DNA of 64,000 nt from the IMG/VR virus record IMGVR_UViG_3300037575_000021, positions 31,314 to 95,313 of that record, one strand, 5' to 3'. Of this stretch, positions 1 to 7,769 are shown piece after piece. The notes beneath the pieces are model-generated. The model had not been told where the DNA came from, ran no database searches, and was given only the letters and a program-made list of their open reading frames with translations. Source of the DNA: a virus. Position numbers and translations under genes: made by a program. Positions within the stretch are counted from its first letter, which is position 1; each line of letters opens with the position of its first letter.

Positions 1-47
1 CAACCCAGATCTTCAATCTAGTGCTCTACCTGCTGAGCTAAGGATAC
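1..47 (-). tRNA. tRNA-Phe(GAA), partial (runs off the window edge)
   Basis: Reverse complement GTATCCT-TA-GCTCAGCAGGTAGAGC, then anticodon arm CTAGA-TTGAAGA-TCTGG. Confidence 0.85.
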
Positions 48-53
48 AAAATA

Positions 54-127
54 TGGTGCCTAACCACAGAATCGAACTGCGAATAGCTGATTACAAAACA
101 GCCGTTATACCATTTAACTAGTCAGGC
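54..127 (-). tRNA. tRNA-Thr(TGT)
   Basis: Cloverleaf; anticodon loop TTTGTAA; TTCGATT T-loop; encoded CCA. Confidence 0.9.
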
Positions 128-142
128 ATTAAAACTTATAGG

Positions 143-217
143 GGTGGCCTCACGGATTCGAACCGAGGACATACCAGACTCACAATCTGATGCAATTGAC
201 CACTCTGCCAAGGCCAC
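143..217 (-). tRNA. tRNA-His(GTG)
   Basis: Acceptor GTGGCCT/AGGCCAC; anticodon loop TTGTGAG; TTCGAAT T-loop; CCA not fully encoded. Confidence 0.88.
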
Positions 218-285
218 ACCTATAAGCTCTAAATAAGAACTCCCACGTAAGTTTAAAACTAAGAGGCGGGAGCCGTGTTAATTAT

Positions 286-359
286 TGGTACTAGGTGATG
301 GTAACGCTCCACCGTCGCACCGTTATCAGCGGTGTGCTCTACTTTTGAGCTAACCCAGC
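286..359 (-). tRNA. tRNA-Ile(GAT) with atypical T-loop
   Basis: CACCG-CTGATAA-CGGTG anticodon arm; T-loop AGCGTTA; CCA. Confidence 0.8.
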
Positions 360-436
360 ATTATTCTTTATGGAGCGGGCCTATGGATGCACATAGGGAT
401 CGTCCCGCATAACCTCACCTCACGGTGGCATCTAAA

Positions 437-513
437 TGTCTGGTGGAAGGCACCTTTACAGTATGTAAGTGTCTCACCGTTATCTTCATAAGACCTTCAC
501 TTATCACCAGACA
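437..513 (-). ncRNA. Putative structured RNA between tRNA genes
   Basis: Terminal 9-bp stem TGTCTGGTG/CACCAGACA, inner GAAGG/CCTTC stem and two hairpins. Confidence 0.35.
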
Positions 514-517
514 AATA

Positions 518-594
518 TGGCAGGGGTGACACGATTCGAACGTGCGATCACGGGATCAAAACCCGATGCTTTAGGCCAGCTAAGCTACACCCCG
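518..594 (-). tRNA. tRNA-Gln(TTG)
   Basis: Anticodon loop TTTTGAT; TTCGAAT T-loop; GCCA end. Confidence 0.9.
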
Positions 595-605
595 ATAAAA
601 CTGTT

Positions 606-679
606 TGGAGTCCAGTATAGGATTTTAACCTATCTCTCAAGGGTTGCAGCCAAGCGCATAGTCACTCTGCCAACTGGAC
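606..679 (-). tRNA. tRNA-Cys(GCA), divergent
   Basis: Anticodon loop CTGCAAC; two U-U mismatches in the anticodon stem; T-loop TTAAAAT; TCCA end. Confidence 0.75.
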
Positions 680-687
680 ATAAACTT

Positions 688-784
688 TGGCGGAAGCGTA
701 GAGATTCGAACTCTAACACCCTTTCAAGGATCGACGGTTTTCAAGACCGCTGCCAGTACCCAGACTCTTTTGGCTTACACTTCC
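688..784 (-). tRNA. tRNA-Ser(TGA)
   Basis: GCGGT-CTTGAAA-ACCGT; long variable arm; GCCA end. Confidence 0.9.
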
Positions 785-795
785 TAAATTTTAAA

Positions 796-873
796 TGGTA
801 GGCCAAGGCTGATTCGAACAGCTCCTTCTACCGTTTATGAGACGGTGGCTTTAACCTATTAAGCTATTGGCCC
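796..873 (-). tRNA. tRNA-Met/Ile2(CAT)
   Basis: ACCGT-CTCATAA-ACGGT; TTCGAAT; ACCA end. Confidence 0.88.
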
Positions 874-875
874 AT

Positions 876-951
876 TGGTTGTCATGAGTGGAATTGAACC
901 ACTATCCTCTTCCTTATGAGGGAAGCGCATAAACCATTCTGCCACATGACA
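876..951 (-). tRNA. tRNA-Met(CAT)
   Basis: CTTCC-CTCATAA-GGAAG; acceptor TGTCATG/CATGACA; ACCA end. Confidence 0.88.
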
Positions 952-952
952 T

Positions 953-1195
953 TTAACTTCTGGAGACAACATTGGTTTGTTGCCAGTTAGACCAGACCTC
1001 TACGGACTTGATCTTAGTTGGAGAGTATCCACTATAATCAAAGGGATCTTTCGGGCCTTTATCGGCTTCCCTGAACTTAATATCAACCTCTACAGAACTG
1101 TATGGAACCTGTGCCTTAGTGGCAAAGTCATTTTTAATTAATTCAATCACATCTCCCTGTGTAAGAGTTGTGGACTTAACTGATTTTATTTCCAT
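953..1195 (-). CDS. Hypothetical protein within the tRNA cluster
   Basis: 80-aa ORF with GAGGAGG RBS. Confidence 0.75.
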   Translation of the reverse strand: MEIKSVKSTTLTQGDVIELIKNDFATKAQVPYSSVEVDIKFREADKGPKDPFDYSGYSPTKIKSVEVWSNWQQTNVVSRS

Positions 1196-1221
1196 ACAAT
1201 CCTCCTCGAATTCTTAACTTT

Positions 1222-1306
1222 TGGTGCTCCCAGAGAGACTCGAACTCTCACACCCGAAGGTACTGGAATCTAAACCCAGCGCGTCTACCAATTCCACCAC
1301 AGGAGC
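1222..1306 (-). tRNA. tRNA-Leu(TAG)
   Basis: CTGGG-TTTAGAT-TCCAG; long variable arm; ACCA end. Confidence 0.9.
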
Positions 1307-1307
1307 T

Positions 1308-1383
1308 TGGAGCATCTAGAGGGAATCGAACCCTACTCACTATGGCTTGGAAGGCCAAGGACTAAACCCGTTAGCTTAGATGC
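1308..1383 (-). tRNA. tRNA-Gly(TCC)
   Basis: Anticodon loop CTTCCAA; TTCGATT; TCCA end; atypical D-arm. Confidence 0.85.
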
Positions 1384-1427
1384 TTTTAAAGAGACCCAAG
1401 AAGGGTCTCATAAGTCCCAGTATGGGA

Positions 1428-2894
1428 CTAGAACGAATAACGTTCTTTGTTAACTGTCTCCAACATCATATCAATTGGCGTTACGTTCTTGCAAGACAAG
1501 ATTGAACGCATGATAGCTGGTGAGAAACCACTTACTAGTGCAGCCCCTTTGTCATTAACAGTCACAGAGCTGTTACCCTCACGAGCTTTAATGTTCCAGA
1601 AGATGATATCAGGTAGTTCATATCCAGCTTCTTGGTATGCACTACTTGCGTACTGTAAGGCTGTCTTATTCCACTTGCCAGCATCGTGACGACCACCGTA
1701 TCCGTAAGAGTTGCCACCTGTACATGAGTCAAACTCCATGTCACTTAAGATCAAGATCTTAGTTGGCATTTCCTCTTGAGGAACTCCTGCTCGTACTGCG
1801 TTGTCAAGCACTGTTTGGAACGCTTTGGCGATATCAGTATTCATACCCCAACCAGAACGTTTGCACTGAAGCATACGATCATACAGGCTCCCGTTCAACT
1901 TAACGAGTTGTGGGCTGCCAGAGAACGTTAAGAATGTATCCTTAAACTTACCTTCAAGTCGTTCTGAGATGTATAAGCCTAAGCTCACAGCTACATCCAT
2001 ACAGGTAACAGTACCGCTTCCGCCTGCAGAGCAACCCATAGATCCACTCACATCTACCATTGGTAGGATTCGTTCATCAGAACCTCCTAGGTAATCTGGT
2101 AAAGCATCCCACTGAGCATTAGCCGCTTGTGACTCACCACGTACCATAGACTTCATGATATCGTATGGGTAAACAGCTCCAGCGTTGATCTTAACTGACT
2201 TAGCAATTTCAGGATCTTTGCTAGTCAATGCATCTAAGTATGCACGGTAACGATCTTCGCAGTTACGTAAGAATGCTTTCTGATAACGTGCTGAAGCAAC
2301 TGAAGGTAGCTTCGAGAAATCGATAGAATCGAAATCCTTAGCTGATAACTTCTGCTCAACTGTATCAGACAAGTTCTTAAGGGCTACACGCCACATCTTA
2401 GGTGTGATGTATCGACCTGTAACTTCCTGAACGTGCTTACGAAGCCCGTTAGCAATTTTCTTCTGACGAGGCATCCACTTGGCACACAGACCATCTTTAG
2501 CCTCTAATGCTGTACGGATCATCTCGTATGCAGCATACTTTGTCTTTTGGTTGGTGAAGACCAATAGGTCATCCCAACGACCAACCTCAGGAATCAAATG
2601 CATGAAGCGTAGAACCTGCGAAGGATCTGTCTTGTCTAGGTACACTAGGAAATCACGGAAAAGTTGGCGTTCACCAGCTCCACCACGAACGTCTCGTGCC
2701 CATAGCATGATTCGGGTTGCTAAATCCTTGTCGCCAGCGTTGTAGGCTGAAGACATAAGATTTACGATATTCTTACCACGAGAGGCACCCACTGCTCCAA
2801 ATAGATCTACACATGGATCCATTGAAGATAGGTTAGTTTTGCCACCGTTGGCTGTGCGGCCTTCTGTATTAAAGGCCTCCATTAATGATGTCAT
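1428..2894 (-). CDS. DUF2828-family TROVE/Ro60-like protein with C-terminal vWA domain
   Basis: Motifs RDVRGGAGER, GRWDDLL, AKWMPR, KINAGAVYPYDI; MIDAS-like DVSGSM; SDMEFD; FWN; VSGFS; GGAGG RBS. Confidence 0.85.
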   Translation of the reverse strand: MTSLMEAFNTEGRTANGGKTNLSSMDPCVDLFGAVGASRGKNIVNLMSSAYNAGDKDLATRIMLWARDVRGGAGERQLFRDFLVYLDKTDPSQVLRFMHLIPEVGRWDDLLVFTNQKTKYAAYEMIRTALEAKDGLCAKWMPRQKKIANGLRKHVQEVTGRYITPKMWRVALKNLSDTVEQKLSAKDFDSIDFSKLPSVASARYQKAFLRNCEDRYRAYLDALTSKDPEIAKSVKINAGAVYPYDIMKSMVRGESQAANAQWDALPDYLGGSDERILPMVDVSGSMGCSAGGSGTVTCMDVAVSLGLYISERLEGKFKDTFLTFSGSPQLVKLNGSLYDRMLQCKRSGWGMNTDIAKAFQTVLDNAVRAGVPQEEMPTKILILSDMEFDSCTGGNSYGYGGRHDAGKWNKTALQYASSAYQEAGYELPDIIFWNIKAREGNSSVTVNDKGAALVSGFSPAIMRSILSCKNVTPIDMMLETVNKERYSF

Positions 2895-2924
2895 GATTGA
2901 CCCTCCTATTTATATTGAGTTTAT

Positions 2925-2953
2925 ATGGTAACACATTTTGTGTTGGTTGTCAA
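2925..2953 (-). promoter_or_regulatory. sigma70-type promoter for the DUF2828 gene
   Basis: TTGACA-N17-TACCAT. Confidence 0.6.
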
Positions 2954-2960
2954 TAGGTTC

Positions 2961-3026
2961 TGAGCAATTTTTGCTTTTCAAGGCTTCCAATAGTTTTGAA
3001 AATAGTATTTTTGCTGAAGTTGCTCA
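2961..3026 (-). ncRNA. Y-like RNA unit A (terminal stem, CAGCAA motif, internal hairpin)
   Basis: TGAGCAA-CTTCAGCAA...TTGCTCA; internal stem TTTTCAA/TTGAAAA. Confidence 0.65.
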
Positions 3027-3044
3027 TTAGTTCTAAATTGTATC

Positions 3045-3108
3045 AGGGCAAATCCTAAACGTAGTTTGATTAAAAGTCAAATGTTTTGGGTATTGCTGTA
3101 GTTGCCCT
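3045..3108 (-). ncRNA. Y-like RNA unit B carrying a tRNA-Lys(UUU) anticodon stem-loop
   Basis: AGGGCAA-CTACAGCAA...TTTGA-CTTTTAA-TCAAA...TTGCCCT. Confidence 0.7.
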
Positions 3109-3165
3109 TTAAGTATTTATCTAGTATAAGCCCTCGTGGGAAGACCTATAGTGGATAATTAAGTC

Positions 3166-3255
3166 AGGCTAATTTGTTTGCACCATTGCAATCTCCAAAG
3201 TTGGCTGGAAATAAAGGAATCGAACCTCTAAAGTTATGTTTGCTGTAGTTAGCCT
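3166..3255 (-). ncRNA. Y-like RNA unit C with a permuted, degenerate tRNA-like domain
   Basis: AGGCTAA-CTACAGCAA; T-arm AGAGG-TTCGATT-CCTTT; acceptor-like ATTTCCA-GCCA...TGGAGAT; D-like TGCAATGGTGCA; closing TTAGCCT. Confidence 0.7.
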
Positions 3256-3267
3256 TTAAATTGTTTC

Positions 3268-3403
3268 AGGTTCCTGTTGTTTGCGTCTGCTGCTCTACCA
3301 ACTGAGCTACCCCTTGTCAATGTAAGTTTAAGTGGTCAAGGGGGCTGGACTCGAACCAGCGACCAACAGTATCCATTAGCATTATTGTTGCTGCAAGGAA
3401 CCT
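3268..3403 (-). ncRNA. Y-like RNA unit D with a complete circularly permuted tRNA body (YrlA-like architecture)
   Basis: AGGTTCCT-TGCAGCAA; tRNA 3' half (TGGTC-GCTGG-TTCGAGT-CCAGC-CCCCTTG-A-CCA) precedes the 5' half (CAAGGGG-TA-GCTCAGTTGGTAGAGC-A-GCAGAC); closing AGGAACCT. Confidence 0.8.
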
Positions 3404-3425
3404 TTAAATCTTTATCTTGGTGCCC

Positions 3426-3453
3426 ATTATACATACTTTGATGTAAAAGTCAA
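3426..3453 (-). promoter_or_regulatory. sigma70-type promoter upstream of the ncRNA array
   Basis: TTGACT-N16-TATAAT with an AT-rich upstream element. Confidence 0.7.
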
Positions 3454-3471
3454 GCACTTTTTAAATTAATT

Positions 3472-3557
3472 TGGCGGAAGATATAGGATTCGAACCTATG
3501 CACCGTTTCCGATGTACTCCTTAGCAGGGAGCTGCGTTACCACTCTGCCAATCTTCC
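3472..3557 (-). tRNA. tRNA-Ser(GCT)
   Basis: GCTCC-CTGCTAA-GGAGT; long variable arm; GCCA end. Confidence 0.9.
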
Positions 3558-3565
3558 TGAAATCT

Positions 3566-3697
3566 CTATTCAGACTTCCCTTTCTTCTTGGTTGTATCCT
3601 TCGGCTTACGTCGATAGTTAACGCCAGCGTTAGATTTATCTCCCCAAGAATGGGAAAGGAATATGTACTCAAATTCTTTTTGGTATGGTCTTGACAT
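3566..3697 (-). CDS. Small basic protein (43 aa), not in the ORF track
   Basis: GGAGG RBS; MSRPYQKEFEYIFLSHSWGDKSNAGVNYRRKPKDTTKKKGKSE. Confidence 0.55.
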   Translation of the reverse strand: MSRPYQKEFEYIFLSHSWGDKSNAGVNYRRKPKDTTKKKGKSE

Positions 3698-3790
3698 AAT
3701 TTATCCTCCGTCTGATTGTAATATGCATAAATAAACCTATTATCTATGATTATAGCCCTAATATATCTTTTTATACATATTAGGAATATT

Positions 3791-3866
3791 TGGCTGGCAT
3801 AGCTGGACTCGAACCAGCATACGTCTGATTAACAGTCAGGTCGCCTACCTAGTAGCGCATATGCCA
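3791..3866 (-). tRNA. tRNA-Asn(GTT)
   Basis: Anticodon loop CTGTTAA; TTCGAGT; GCCA end. Confidence 0.9.
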
Positions 3867-4036
3867 ATAAATCTTCTCCCCTGAAAAACTGGTGGGCTTT
3901 GCGCCCACCGAAAGCAATGTTCAAGAATAAACATTACAGAGGAGGGTACTCTTTAGCCCTCAAAGGCTTAAGGATAGACCCAGCTGTTCTGGATATATTC
4001 CTAAACCCTCTAAGATTTCCGAAGATATATATATTA

Positions 4037-4459
4037 AGTATATCACAATTTTTGGATTTGTCAACCCCTAAATTGAAAATAATTTCACTTTTCCTTCATA
4101 TAAGGCTTTCGCCTTCTTTCCCCACCAATAGGGATCCCCTCCGGGGAAGGTCTTACTATAAGGTATAACCATTAGTAATCCTTGCGGAGCTATTAGCTAT
4201 CCTAATAGGATCTACCTTATGGGTTAAACCCTTAAGTCTATATAACTAATTCAATTAATAATCTATTCAAATCAATAACTTAAAGGTAACAACCCTTAAG
4301 GTTTAACCTATTTGATCGATCATTTGTGATTGATTAAGTGAATTAAGCTTAGTCTAAATAGTCATCCTTAAATGGAGAGCCTTTAAGTAATAACCCATAA
4401 GTGTATACCATTATAGCATACAAACTAGGATTTGTCAACCCCTAAATTGAAAATAATTC
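4037..4459 (-). promoter_or_regulatory. Two tandem promoters sharing a ~30-bp direct repeat, upstream of the tRNA region
   Basis: GGATTTGTCAACCCCTAAATTGAAAATAATT at ~4054 and ~4428; TTGACA paired with TATACT and TATAAT respectively. Confidence 0.7.
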
Positions 4460-4569
4460 AAAATTAATTCGATGTGAGCATGTTACATGGCTTTATCCTC
4501 CGTGTCAAGTCTTGACATCTACTGGGTTATCTGTTAGTCTCTTACCTCCTAACTAAGAGGAGGATTGGA

Positions 4570-4989
4570 ATGAGAACAGCTATTATAGTACTATTATTGA
4601 TAATGTCAAGCAATTTATTTGCATCAGATGACAACTTTGAGCTTCACCTAGGACTGAAGACATACCATGTTGACAGATCCCCTAATGAGGATGGGTGTCT
4701 CAACGAGAGTCATGATCTAATTGGTATCAAATACGAGTACTCGATAATGGGAACCTATAGGAATACCCATTGTCGGAGGTCGTTCTACGTAGGGGGATCC
4801 TACCAGATAACGGACAGGTGGGGTGTCGATGCAACCATTGTTAGTGGGTATCCTAAAAAGATGCATAAAATAGGTAGCTTGGTTGTATTCGCATTCCCAA
4901 CCTATACCGTGGGGAACGATAAGGCGGCGGTTAGGTTTATAGTAATCCCCCATATATTGACCGGAGCTGGTCTAATCATTAAATTTTAG
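4570..4989 (+). CDS. Secreted, probable small outer-membrane beta-barrel (PagP-like pattern)
   Basis: Signal peptide, alternating aromatic strands, C-terminal Phe; paralog of 25064-25513. Confidence 0.55.
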   Translation: MRTAIIVLLLIMSSNLFASDDNFELHLGLKTYHVDRSPNEDGCLNESHDLIGIKYEYSIMGTYRNTHCRRSFYVGGSYQITDRWGVDATIVSGYPKKMHKIGSLVVFAFPTYTVGNDKAAVRFIVIPHILTGAGLIIKF

Positions 4990-4997
4990 GAGGTATT

Positions 4998-5255
4998 ATG
5001 AGTAAAGAGAGTGTTGGGGAGTTCCACGTAGAGGTTAAGAGATTCTACATACCCTTTAAGTTCAATCTTGAGTGTCCCTCATGTGGGTACATAAATGGGG
5101 TGGATCTAGAAGATCGCTATCTATCTTACCCGGTGGCAAACAAGGTTGTGGAAGATGCGGCTTGCTGTGAGGAATGTTGTGAGGAGATCCCTTACAATCT
5201 AACCCTTAAGATTGATGTTGAGGTTAGTAGTGAATGTGTTGTTGACAGTGAGTAG
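4998..5255 (+). CDS. Zn-ribbon-like small protein
   Basis: CPSC and CEEC motifs. Confidence 0.6.
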   Translation: MSKESVGEFHVEVKRFYIPFKFNLECPSCGYINGVDLEDRYLSYPVANKVVEDAACCEECCEEIPYNLTLKIDVEVSSECVVDSE

Positions 5256-5299
5256 TATCCTGTGGTAGCCTAGAGAAAACTAAGAGGAGGGTTTATTAA

Positions 5300-5773
5300 G
5301 TGAAAATAGTTAAAGGTAACCTAATCGATATGGCCTTCAATGGCGACTTCGATGTGATCATTCACGGTTGTAATTGCCAGTGCCGGATGAAGAGTGGTAT
5401 AGCTAGAGAGATTGCTGAACGCATTCCAGAGGCTGTGGAGGCTGATAATGAAACTTCGGTAGGGGATGCATCTAAATTGGGCGGCTTTACATTCGCCCAT
5501 GCCTTAGATGACTTTGGTTTACCAGTCTTTACGGTTATTAATGCCTATACCCAGCTTCGCTACGGGACAGACTCCCGGAAGGTTGACTATGATGCTGTTA
5601 GAGCAGTATTTAGGAAGGTAGCTAATAGGTTTGGGGGAGGGTATATACCTTTCCGTATAGGCTACCCTAAGATAGGTGCTGGCCTTGCTGGTGGCGACTG
5701 GGATATCATATCTAAGATTATAGATGAGGAACTTGAAGGGCTTGATCATACACTTGTGGAGTTTGACGGATGA
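5300..5773 (+). CDS. Macrodomain (Appr-1''-p / ADP-ribose-processing) protein
   Basis: KGNL, IIHGCNC, SGIA, NAYTQ and PKIGAGLAGGDW motifs. Confidence 0.9.
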   Translation: MKIVKGNLIDMAFNGDFDVIIHGCNCQCRMKSGIAREIAERIPEAVEADNETSVGDASKLGGFTFAHALDDFGLPVFTVINAYTQLRYGTDSRKVDYDAVRAVFRKVANRFGGGYIPFRIGYPKIGAGLAGGDWDIISKIIDEELEGLDHTLVEFDG

Positions 5774-5991
5774 TACAAGTGATACCTTACACCTATGAGA
5801 AAGATGAATATGGGTACACCAACGGAACTCCAGACCCACGGAAGGTTATAGCTAGGAAAGGAGATATGGTAGTCTCCCATGGGGTGTGCACAGAGACAGG
5901 TCATAATGTCTGTCTCCCTTGTGACCCTTGGCGGGAGTTCACCCGTGAGCACTGTGTTCGTTTTCCTGATGGGTGGTACTTGAAAGCATGA
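5770..5991 (+). CDS. Hypothetical protein
   Basis: ORF coupled to the previous stop (ATGA). Confidence 0.6.
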   Translation: MIQVIPYTYEKDEYGYTNGTPDPRKVIARKGDMVVSHGVCTETGHNVCLPCDPWREFTREHCVRFPDGWYLKA

Positions 5992-6307
5992 GTGTACTTT
6001 ATAATAAGGTTTTCCATCACATAGATCTTGGGGAGGTTAATGTATCTGCCCTGTATGATGCCCTTAAGGATGCCCATAACATAGCCTTTAAGACTTGCCG
6101 GAGGGTTACCTTCCAGTGTGCTGGTGTGTATGTTCACATCACGAGGTATACGAAAGAGGAGGACTTCATGAGGATAGCGCGGAAGGTGGTTGGGAAATCC
6201 CAAAACGGGAGGAATGGTAGGCATGTTTATTGCCCAACATGGGAAAATGCTTGACATTTGACTAAAAGTGTGTATACTACGCACGTTAAATTTAAAGGAG
6301 GAAAAGA

Positions 6308-6766
6308 ATGAGTGACTTTATAATGGGGTTGGCAGTACTTACTTGGGCGCTATCCCCTGCCATCTTTCTGGTGTGTGTCTTGATAAGTTGTGGATGGAAC
6401 TGGACTGTGGATTTCATCAATGATGATGTTTACCCTGAGTTTGCAGCTGAATGGCCAGAAAAGGTGATAGATATCTGTGAGAGTAATATAGGTATGCAGG
6501 CACTCTCTACGCTAACCTTAATAGCGTGCCTAGCATGTGTTCTCCTTGGACTTCCATTGTATTTATTAGAGTTTGATGGAACTCCTTACGAGTTCATAGT
6601 GGGCACTGGTGGCGTGTTTGACTGGGTAGCTTACCCTATATCTGTATTACTAGCATATACGGCATTTATTTTTTCAGCGAGGGCAATAGTCCGGTTGGCT
6701 AAGGCAACCAAGGAATTGAAGAATAAATTACAGAATCACATTAACGACCCGAACGGGCATAAATAA
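6308..6766 (+). CDS. Membrane protein, HIND-motif family copy 1
   Basis: About 3 TM helices; C-terminal LQNHINDPNGH. Confidence 0.75.
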   Translation: MSDFIMGLAVLTWALSPAIFLVCVLISCGWNWTVDFINDDVYPEFAAEWPEKVIDICESNIGMQALSTLTLIACLACVLLGLPLYLLEFDGTPYEFIVGTGGVFDWVAYPISVLLAYTAFIFSARAIVRLAKATKELKNKLQNHINDPNGHK

Positions 6767-6776
6767 GAGGAGTAAA

Positions 6777-7769
6777 ATGACAAGAGTAGTTCCAATTTGT
6801 CAAGAGAAAACTGATTCCTACGTAACACTCTATCCGGGGGCAGAGGATTTTGCAGACCTGCAGAATGAGAACTTCTGGCCTTGGACTGAGTACAACGTAG
6901 AGAAGGACATCCATGAGCTTCACACAGAATTCAGTGAGGCAGAGTTGCATGGAGTTATCACAACACTTAAGCTATTCACCCACTATGAGGTGGTTGCTGG
7001 TAGTGAATATTGGGGTGGTCGTTTTAAACGTATGTTCCCACGACCTGAGTTCCAGCGTATGGCATCAGCCTTTAGTAATATCGAGCTGAACAGTCACGCT
7101 AAGTTCTACAATGAGATTAACAACCTTCTAGGACTATCAACCGATGAGTTCTACACAGACTATGTGAATGATCCAGTGCTTAAGGCTCGTATGGATTTCA
7201 TTGAGGAAGTTGTGTGCCACGAGGATGATCTTATTTCTCTTGGTGCTTTCAGTATCGTTGAAGGGGCTATCCTTTATAGCAACTTCGCTTTCCTTAAGCA
7301 TTTCCAAGCTAACGGTAAGAACAAACTAACCAATGTGGTTGCTGGTATTAACCAGTCAGTTCTGGATGAGAACATCCACTCGATGGGTGGGGCATGGGCG
7401 TTTAAGACTTTGCTTGCTGAAAGACCTGATGCCGATAGGGTATATCTTGAGTCACAGTTTAAGCAAATCACGGATGCCATCCTAGATCACGAATCTCAGA
7501 TCATTGATATGATCTTCGAGAAGGGGACCATCCCGGGCGTAACAGCCACACAGTTAAAACACTTCGTTGAGTCTCGTTTAGACCTATGCCTTGAGCAGTT
7601 AGGTTTTGAGAAGGTGTACAAACCTAAGTACAACCCAATCGGTAAGTGGTTCTATGATAACATCACGGGTAGTCAGTTCCACGACTTCTTTGTGAAGGTT
7701 GGTAGTGAGTACAAACGTGGGTGGAATAAGAAAGCATTTGTTTGGAAGTTGCCTGAGGAGGAAGTATGA
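6777..7769 (+). CDS. nrdB: Ribonucleotide reductase class Ia beta subunit
   Basis: Di-iron ligand motifs ELNSH, EGAILY, DENIH; FW N-terminal motif; DFF near the C-terminus. Confidence 0.92.
   Translation: MTRVVPICQEKTDSYVTLYPGAEDFADLQNENFWPWTEYNVEKDIHELHTEFSEAELHGVITTLKLFTHYEVVAGSEYWGGRFKRMFPRPEFQRMASAFSNIELNSHAKFYNEINNLLGLSTDEFYTDYVNDPVLKARMDFIEEVVCHEDDLISLGAFSIVEGAILYSNFAFLKHFQANGKNKLTNVVAGINQSVLDENIHSMGGAWAFKTLLAERPDADRVYLESQFKQITDAILDHESQIIDMIFEKGTIPGVTATQLKHFVESRLDLCLEQLGFEKVYKPKYNPIGKWFYDNITGSQFHDFFVKVGSEYKRGWNKKAFVWKLPEEEV

Noticed and set aside
469-801. 110-aa ORF on the plus strand (likewise 3512-3694)
   Set aside because: Antisense to tRNA genes; spurious
2984-2993. Possible anticodon loop (Pro or Gln) in Y-like unit A
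   Set aside because: Flanking bases do not form a clean 5-bp stem with a 7-nt loop
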